From contig NW_025765789.1 in assembly GCF_003918875.1 (NCBI RefSeq), positions 1 to 64,000 of the forward strand: a stretch of 64,000 nucleotides of DNA. The letters run 5' to 3'. How positions within the stretch are numbered: position 1 is the first letter of the stretch; each line of letters starts with the position of its first letter. The notes below the pieces were generated by a model that saw only the letters and a program-made list of their open reading frames with translations, was not told the DNA's origin and ran no database searches. Shown here one piece after another: positions 56,823 through 64,000 of this stretch. Both the position numbers and the translations under genes were made by a program. The stretch comes from Haliotis rubra (Eukaryota).

Positions 56823-57263
56823 TATTATATACCCTCTTATCTTGCCTTAATCTGCTATTAAGAAAACAAAAGATAGCGGCAGGTAGGGGTTCAATGCGGA
56901 ATCTGGGGTGCAATACGGAATTTGACCACGTCATCCGTATTGCACCCCTGTATTACTATATTACGTTTACATTGGTAATACTATATAATAAGTAGGCATA
57001 CAGTTTAACATGTCAACAAAGACGCTCTTAACTAAAGTTGCTGTCAACATTGATGTTCAAATATTTTTGGATACAGAATGTAATAATAAACAAAGGGACA
57101 CTAAATCGATACATTATATACAAAATATGATGTTACCACCAAGAAAAACTATCTGCAGAACCAAAACATGATATGCCGACATAAGTCGTAACATCATCAT
57201 TTACAATGCTTACAATAGCCAAACAAATTATGGAATAAATAATCATTTACAAGGTGAATACCT

Positions 57264-58367
57264 TTACGACACGTGGGTCACGGAAAAAGATGATTTCCAT
57301 GATCCGAAAAGTGAACTTACATTTTCACGAAACTTTTTCCCGAATGCACAAAGGAAAACAAAATTAAAGACACAGTTACACACAGTGAGAGCGTTCCCGA
57401 TTCTACCAAATACTATACAAGCATGTTTACAGTTCTTGCCTTGCCAAATTGAAAGTTTGAATATGAACTGCAGCGATGTGGACGAATGGCTCACGATGGA
57501 CATCAGAGTCACAGCCAGAACAACGAGTGTGAACTTGCCGTCAGATCTTCCTCCCAGCTTACTGGTGGACTTGCCGCACGACTTAGCTACTGACTTGCGA
57601 ATGGTATGTCGGGATCGGTACAAGTGCAGGAGAATCAGAGAAGTAGTTATTATGAATATCACAAAAGGAACAATTAGTTTTACGACCATGTTGAGGTACC
57701 CCCTGTAGTACCTCAGATAGAACTTTGAAAACATAAAGTCTCTGTTTCGTGGACGAAGCCATGACCTGTTCAGATAGGGTTCCCAGTAGCTTTCAGGCGC
57801 CATGGCGATCCAGTGGGGGATGTTGAACAGGATGGAAAAGGTATAGATAGCCAGAACAACCCATCTGATAGTTTTCCGGGTCATCATAGACTTGACCTTT
57901 AAAGGTTTGGTAACCATGACGTACCTCTGAAGGGCCAAAGCGACTGTGATGTAGATGCCCGCAGTGTATGCAGTGTGGGAGATGGGCGCCAGTATGGACT
58001 GGGAGACCATGGCAATATGGTCCACGAAGTCAGTTCCAGGGTTCACCCACAGTATACCGTCCAGGACGGTCACGGCGACAAGGTAGACGTTGTCGGGGAC
58101 GGCAAGGTGGAATAGCAACGCTGTTCCAACTGAAGACATACTCTTCTGACCCAGCACCGCCATTGTGAAACAGTTGCCAAGAAACCCAAAAGACGCTATG
58201 ACCAAGATGAAAATACCGTAGATCTTCATGTACGGGTTGTACGGGATTCCGTAATACACAAACCAGTCTGGTTCTGTCTCGGTATCATTGATGACTTCAG
58301 CCAAGGGAACATCCAAACTGATCCTCGAATGATTAGCCCCATCGTAAGTGATATTTGTGTAACCCAT
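57264..58367 (-). CDS. Intronless rhodopsin-like (class A) GPCR, FMRFamide-receptor/Srw-like, 367 aa
   Basis: First ATG at 58367. N-terminus with NIT/NHS/NDT sequons. Seven hydrophobic segments with GN (TM1), LAVPD (TM2), QRY (DRY variant), FNIPHW (TM4), IVPF (TM5) and NCVFNF..C.FGKKFRE (TM7/helix 8). Confidence 0.9.
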   Translation of the reverse strand: MGYTNITYDGANHSRISLDVPLAEVINDTETEPDWFVYYGIPYNPYMKIYGIFILVIASFGFLGNCFTMAVLGQKSMSSVGTALLFHLAVPDNVYLVAVTVLDGILWVNPGTDFVDHIAMVSQSILAPISHTAYTAGIYITVALALQRYVMVTKPLKVKSMMTRKTIRWVVLAIYTFSILFNIPHWIAMAPESYWEPYLNRSWLRPRNRDFMFSKFYLRYYRGYLNMVVKLIVPFVIFIITTSLILLHLYRSRHTIRKSVAKSCGKSTSKLGGRSDGKFTLVVLAVTLMSIVSHSSTSLQFIFKLSIWQGKNCKHACIVFGRIGNALTVCNCVFNFVFLCAFGKKFRENVSSLFGSWKSSFSVTHVS

Positions 58368-58774
58368 GCTTGCTGTGCAGACTGCTCCTACTGTCCCGAC
58401 GCATATACACGCTCGGAATTCAACAAACCAGTTCAAGAGTCAATAACACCAGCAGCTTTTAGCACTATACTAGTACCCAAAATCCACAACCAAGCCTTCT
58501 GTGCAAAGCATTTTTGAAGCGCCTTTTATCCCTTGCCAACCACTTTAACACTTAGTCTATGTACCGGATGTACAAAAGTAAGGCGTGTTTATGGTCAGCT
58601 TATTACATCCTGTTCTGTCTGCCGCCAGATGGCATGACTAATTACTTCACACATAGAAGCACATTTATCAATGTACTGCCACTAAGCGTCGACCTGTCGG
58701 ATCCAGCTACCGGTTACATGCTGCCAGGAAACTACCATCTGATTATGACACAAAACGGGAAGAGTTCATTACAG

Positions 58775-59030
58775 AAATAGGGGAAGTAGTTTCGTCAAAG
58801 TCGATCCCAGCTGACCTCATAATAAACTTTGATCAAACTGGCATGAAAATCGTCCCCGTATCAAATTGGACATTAACAACTCAAGGACATTCGTTGCGAA
58901 TCGTTTCTTCAAACTTTGAAAAAGAAACATTTTGAAGTTCGCTTTGTTCCGGCTGGGTGCACTTGTGAGTTACAGCCGATGGACCTATCAGTGAACGGAG
59001 AATTGAAAGGGATAGTGAAGGAACAATTAG
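58775..59030 (+). mobile_element. pogo/Tigger-type DDE transposase remnant
   Basis: Translates to IPADLIINFDQTGMKIVP..WT and, after an internal deletion, FVPAGCTCELQPMDLSVNGELK. Both are typical DDE_1 motifs. Confidence 0.7.
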
Positions 59031-59829
59031 ATATAGCTTCAGATATAGTCGCATTTTTCGCACTTATAAGTAGCTCGCATTATTTTATCAATGTACTAGT
59101 AAAAGAATCATTGGCATGATGGAAGTGATGGCATCATTAACAATTTGACATTGGCATCTATGATAATTGTTATTGTCACTCTGCTGACATAGATACGTCA
59201 ACATTAATCCTACTACACCACAATAATCAGTTAACGGCCAGGTATATGGAGGTCAGTGGGTATGTGTATATATGATGTGTGTGACATCGTTAGCTACAAT
59301 CATTAGTCAAAACAAATCGATATGTTAGCTTTGATGTTTGTGTCATGGTTGATACAAGTAAATGGCAGCCTCGGTGTAACACATATGGTTCACGAATCAC
59401 CATCATGTGTTAAAGGGCCTTAGGGTAGGCTAATAGAAAATTCGTTCGCTTGTCTCTCTGATTACCGGTAATTTGATTCCCCAGTTCGGTACAATGTGTG
59501 CAGCCCTGTTATTGTAAAACCTAATAATTGTGTTTCTCCAGTACAACATAGAGCACTTTCGTCAAAGAAAATGGTCTGGCCCCAAACAAAGTAACATGCG
59601 CATATAACGCACACATATATACGTGTGTGTGACATATATAAAAAATGCTATATTTTCTCTCCCAACAATAAAACGCCTAGGTGTATTTTCCCGAATGTAA
59701 AGTGGGATAACACATGTAATCCTGTATCGGTAGCAACCAAATTTCACAGTATAAAGGATCAAATGTCTGTTAGCATGTATAGCTTATACATATAAGATGT
59801 GATGTGGTGAGGTGAGCTCAGGTCAAATG

Positions 59830-60145
59830 GGGAGTTTAACGTCGTACTTAAGAATATTTCGCTCATATGACGACGTGCATGGGTGTGCATGTGTGGCTGC
59901 TTGTACTAGCCCGGACTTAAGCTGGTTTTATAGTGCTAGCTCACTGAGATACCATGCCGCAGTTAAGCATGAATACCCCACTCAAGCACATTAAACTGAC
60001 TCCGAGCCCACCAGTCCTTGTTGTACCCATTAATGCCGAGCGCCAGGCAGGGACCAACAAGTACCATATTTATACGTCATTTGGTATGACGCGGCCGGGG
60101 ATCGAACCCGCGGCCTTCCGCTCTTCGCACAGACGCTCTAACCAC
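59830..60145 (-). mobile_element. Third tRNA-related SINE-like repeat
   Basis: Antisense B-box GGGATCGAACCC. Similar degraded sequence at about 20140-20285. Confidence 0.5.
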
Positions 60146-60773
60146 TACTGCAGTCTGTAAAATGTTCAACAAGAGAAGGCGTCCGTTCCCAGTTGGGCGT
60201 TGTCTTCAATATCCAACTGATGGTACTCTGGTGAACATTGAGGTGACGTACAACCCCAGCCTCCGGACGTCCAATGTTTCGATTTACAGCAGTGAGTCGA
60301 TATTCTGTGATAGGCTCACAGAACTTAACGGTATTCTTTCATTTAGCTAAAAAATGCCAATGGCCGTCTGAAAGCAAAACGCCTTGTAAGGCAATGTCTC
60401 CGCACTCGATTACTAAGAACTGCAAGTGCATACCTTTTTTGGCACTTTCGGGCGTATACGTACATTTAAGTTTCCGAAGATGTGTTTTTGCGCTGTGCAT
60501 TTGCATTATAATGACCAAATTATAAAAATCAAACACTAATTTTGAAAAATATTCGAAATTTCATATATCAATATAACATATGAGGTTTTTTTGGGGAGAC
60601 TATATAATGCGCGATCATCATATAGTTATGTAACAAAATTATATGTAACTGTAATTTTTCTACGAAGATAGGGTTAAAACATGCAGGAGTGAACGTGTGT
60701 CCTTATTTCTTTATATATAAACACATCTTGCATAACATGTACTTTATCAGTATATGTAACGTCATGTGAGGCC

Positions 60774-60844
60774 TATATAATCAGTGTCTACATATCTCGG
60801 GAAGATAGGGAAGATAGACGGACAGCACGACAGACCTGAAATAG
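60774..60844 (+). promoter_or_regulatory. Candidate TATA box and short non-coding first exon of gene F
   Basis: TATATAA at 60774-60780, a consensus donor AG|GTAAGT at 60844/60845, and an acceptor TTTTAAG at 61094 just before ATG 61099. Confidence 0.55.
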
Positions 60845-61098
60845 GTAAGTGTGCGATGTTGGGGAACATATTGAAGAATGTGAAATGGCCTGATGTTCAT
60901 ATTGCCTGTTGATCATCGGATGTACTTTTCGATGAGAACAACTGCTTTTGTGCAACAGTGATAGATTTACAATCACATATACCGTTTACCTATATTTCTC
61001 GCTCGGCATGACATCCACGTGTACTGACCAAAGAGAGAGAATAAGCGTAGGTCAAGTATTCATGTTAACATATATTTCCGTTTTTCGTTTTAAGAATC

Positions 61099-64000
61099 AT
61101 GATGTTCCTTCTCGCGGTTCTGCTTCTCATCTCATCTGTCGTTGCCATGGATATTCCCATCACCGATCACTGGGATGGTGGTTTCAAGTCTGAGTTCTGC
61201 GAGCCTATCACTAAAAACCTGCAACACTGGACAGCTCACGCCATCTTTGACCATCACATCAATCACTTGGACGTAAGTTGTATTCCGCGTGAATGATTAA
61301 CACACGAGTGACAAAATTTAGTTTTTGAAGCCATACTACTAACCAAGTACCTGAATGCAGTAAATCTCCTTAATAGAAGGAACACAAACCATAACAGTTG
61401 CCTCAGAACGCTTTCAATTATTTGTATTGACCTTCTGAAGATGACGTGTAAGAACAGCAGAATCTCCGACGAGGAGCTCTGGTTAATCTTGTCTTCCGTT
61501 TAAGTCACGGAGAGCTGTCCTGGTTGTTGAGATCCGTCTCGTGGTGTCCTTGACAACCTACTAGGTATGTAAATATGCCCCCTGCTGTCGACTACTTTTA
61601 TGTTTCTGGCACACCAGAGCTCATTGGTGGTGGACGTACTCCAGTAGTAGACCGTACTTCGTACCTTATACCGGAAGTCCTGGTAGAGACCTAATTATGC
61701 ATGTGTTCCCAAGTAACAAAAAAGGTTGACATGTAACGTATTTTCAACTATCATACTTTTAGGTGTGGGTTGCTGAAGTTCAGAAAACTCTGAATGGCGG
61801 TAAAGAGTTTGTCCTTGTCAACAAGCAATCCTATGGTGATCAGAAGGTTGGCGACAAACTGTGCGTGAAGCTAGTTGGCCGTACGGACGGTGACATTGTA
61901 CCCAAAGGCCGGTTCTACATTGAAGGCATGGATGGGCCAGTGTCGGCCCACACACCCAATATACAGACACCCAAGCCAGGGACACCTCACACCTCTAGCC
62001 ACGTCACAGGTAAACATGGAGTGAGTTGAGTTGTAGGTTCATAGGGCACTATTTCTGCCATTTGTAAGTGGTAATACCAAGAATAGAATCCCATGCTGTA
62101 AGTGGTAATACCAAGAATAGATTCCCATGTTGTAAGTGGTAATACCAAGAATAGATTCCCATGTTGTAAGTGGTAATACCAAGAATAGATTCCCATGTTG
62201 TAAGTGGTAATACCAAGAATAGATTCCCATGTTGTAAGTGGTAATACCAAGAATAGATTCCCATGCTGTAAGTGGTAATACCAAGAATAGATTCCCATGT
62301 TGTAAGTGGTAATACCAAGAATAGATTCCCATGTTGCAAGTGGTAATACTAAGAATAGATTCCCATGTTGTAAGTGGTAATACCAAGAATAGATTTCCAT
62401 GTTGTAAGTGGTAATACCAAGAATAGATTCCCATGTTGTAAGTGGTAATACCAAGAATAGATTCCCATGTTGTAAGTGGTAATACCAAGAATAGATTCCC
62501 ATGTTGTAAGTGGTAATACCAAGAATAGATTCCCATGTTGTAAGTGGTAATACCAAGAATAGATTCCCATGTTGTAAGTGGTAATACCAAGAATAGATTC
62601 CCATGTTGTAAGTGGTAATACCAAGAATAGATTCACATGTTGTATGCCTGTGGGTGCACACTAAGGAAGATTGAATATTAAAGTGAACTACCATCTGGTG
62701 ATACGCCACTGAGTGAGTGAGGCGTTCCATGAGCTATGAAAGGTAATGTGTGCTTTATAAAGTAACGATAAGAATATTTTCTCCATGAAACAAGTATTTG
62801 CATTGCCTCCACGTGCTGTACCACTGTATTTGACCTAAATTCAGCTTCCCAGTCGTCAAAGTCTCTGACAGTATTGCCTGGTATCTAATGAGTTGACGCC
62901 ATTGCCATCTCCAGTTTTCTTATAATCGCATGCGAAAACCCTTCCCTTTAATAAAGTATACTAGTCGTTCACACCATCCATCCGTATATGGGCCATGGGG
63001 TAGCCCAGTGGTTAATACGTTCACTCGTCACGCCCACGACCCGGGTTCAATTCCCAACATGGGTCCAATGTGTGAAGCCCATTTCTGGTGTCCGTCGTCG
63101 TGATATTGCTGGAATATTGCTAAAAGTGGCGTAAAACTGAACTCACTCACTCACCCATCCGTATAAAAATACTTCATTACACATTTTCCACATACCATTG
63201 TTGTTTCCGGTAGCACCTTATAAGTTTAAACAGTTTGGATAAAAGTGATGATTTACAATGAGCCATTACATATCGTATATCATACAAAATGTGTCTTCAA
63301 GCATGACTCGGTATTAAATGAATGTCATCAAGTGAAACACTGACAGTGATTGGTGTGACACAACTATGATCTTTAATTTATCGATTCCATTTTATAAACA
63401 TGTAACATCCATGACAAATGACGTCAATAATAACGCATTTTGTCAGGGAAACAAATTACTGTGTGCATTTATATGTATCACTTAATATTGACCATAATGA
63501 TGAACCTGTCGTTCTTTCAATGTGTGGCCGAGATCAATATAAGTATCATGTTTAACTATCTATTTCAGGCAAGGTTCTGTATGCACGAAATGGGTTCGAC
63601 CCGAATGACTACAAGCATGGAATAACAGTGTTACAACACGGGAGCTTTGACGAGAACTCGGGCTCCGTTGTCCTTGACCCTACCGGTACCGGGGAACACG
63701 TCCTGAAAGTATTCTACGAGAAGGGACACTACGTCCACGTTCGGGGGCATCGAGGAATTCAATTCTACTGGACACCCATCACACCACACACGAGGCTGAC
63801 GTTGAGCTACGACATCTACTTTGACCCACATTTTGACTGGGTTAAAGGCGGCAAGCTCCCGGGTCTCTGGGGAGGCTCCCAAACCTGTTCTGGAGGACGT
63901 CACTATGAAGATTGTTTTTCGACCCGTTTCATGTGGAGGACTGGAGGAGGTGGAGAACTCTACGCCTACATCCCTACTGGACAACGTTCTGACTTTTGCA
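61099..64000 (+). CDS. Gene F: secreted CBM2-like plus PL14 alginate-lyase-like protein (3' end beyond window)
   Basis: Phase-consistent exons: 61099-61272 (signal peptide, DHWDGGF), 61763-62009 (VWVAEV..KEFVLVNK..GDKLC plus linker, ending phase 1) and 63569 to beyond 64000 (VLKVFYEKG, LSYDIYFDPHFDWVKGGKLPGLWGG, CSGGRH, CFSTRFMWR, GELYAY). The ORF track misses the last exon. Confidence 0.9.
62063..62643. repeat. 34-bp minisatellite (about 17 units) in gene F intron
   Basis: Unit TGTAAGTGGTAATACCAAGAATAGATTCCCATGT. Confidence 0.96.

Noticed and set aside
61987-62730. 247-aa minus-strand ORF and overlapping ORFs
   Set aside because: Translation of the 34-bp minisatellite.
63631-63984. 117-aa minus-strand ORF (also 54983-55411)
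   Set aside because: Antisense shadow of the PL14 exon.

Overview
Animal genomic DNA with spliceosomal introns and one N gap (567-722). It is very probably from a herbivorous gastropod such as abalone (Haliotis), inferred from my recall of abalone enzyme sequences. The window is a cluster of secreted seaweed-cell-wall enzymes. Gene D is an intact 14-exon GH9 cellulase with two N-terminal CBM2-like modules (+, 38130-47916). Gene B is an 11-exon single-CBM GH9 (-, 10831-23789) with one homopolymer frameshift. C is an orphan GH9 5' half (-, 25785-31904) and A is an orphan, frameshifted GH9 3' half (+, 6945-8499). Genes E (52930-55657) and F (61099 to window end) fuse the same two-exon CBM2-like cassette to a PL14 alginate-lyase-type domain, and an intronless class A GPCR lies between them. 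Non-coding DNA holds three Tc1 elements, a TTAA-flanked non-autonomous DNA transposon, a pogo fragment, two abundant SINE-like families and many minisatellites. Main signals: (1) CBM-PL14 fusion enzymes apparently made by shuffling the cellulase CBM exon pair; (2) tandem arrays that repeatedly amplify exon-end/5'-splice-site junctions, up to about 70 copies; (3) SINE (ACTC)n tails sitting at branch-point, acceptor and donor positions; (4) a split or alternatively spliced GH9 locus. Exon models were derived by eye from GT-AG sites and paralog comparison. No database search was run.
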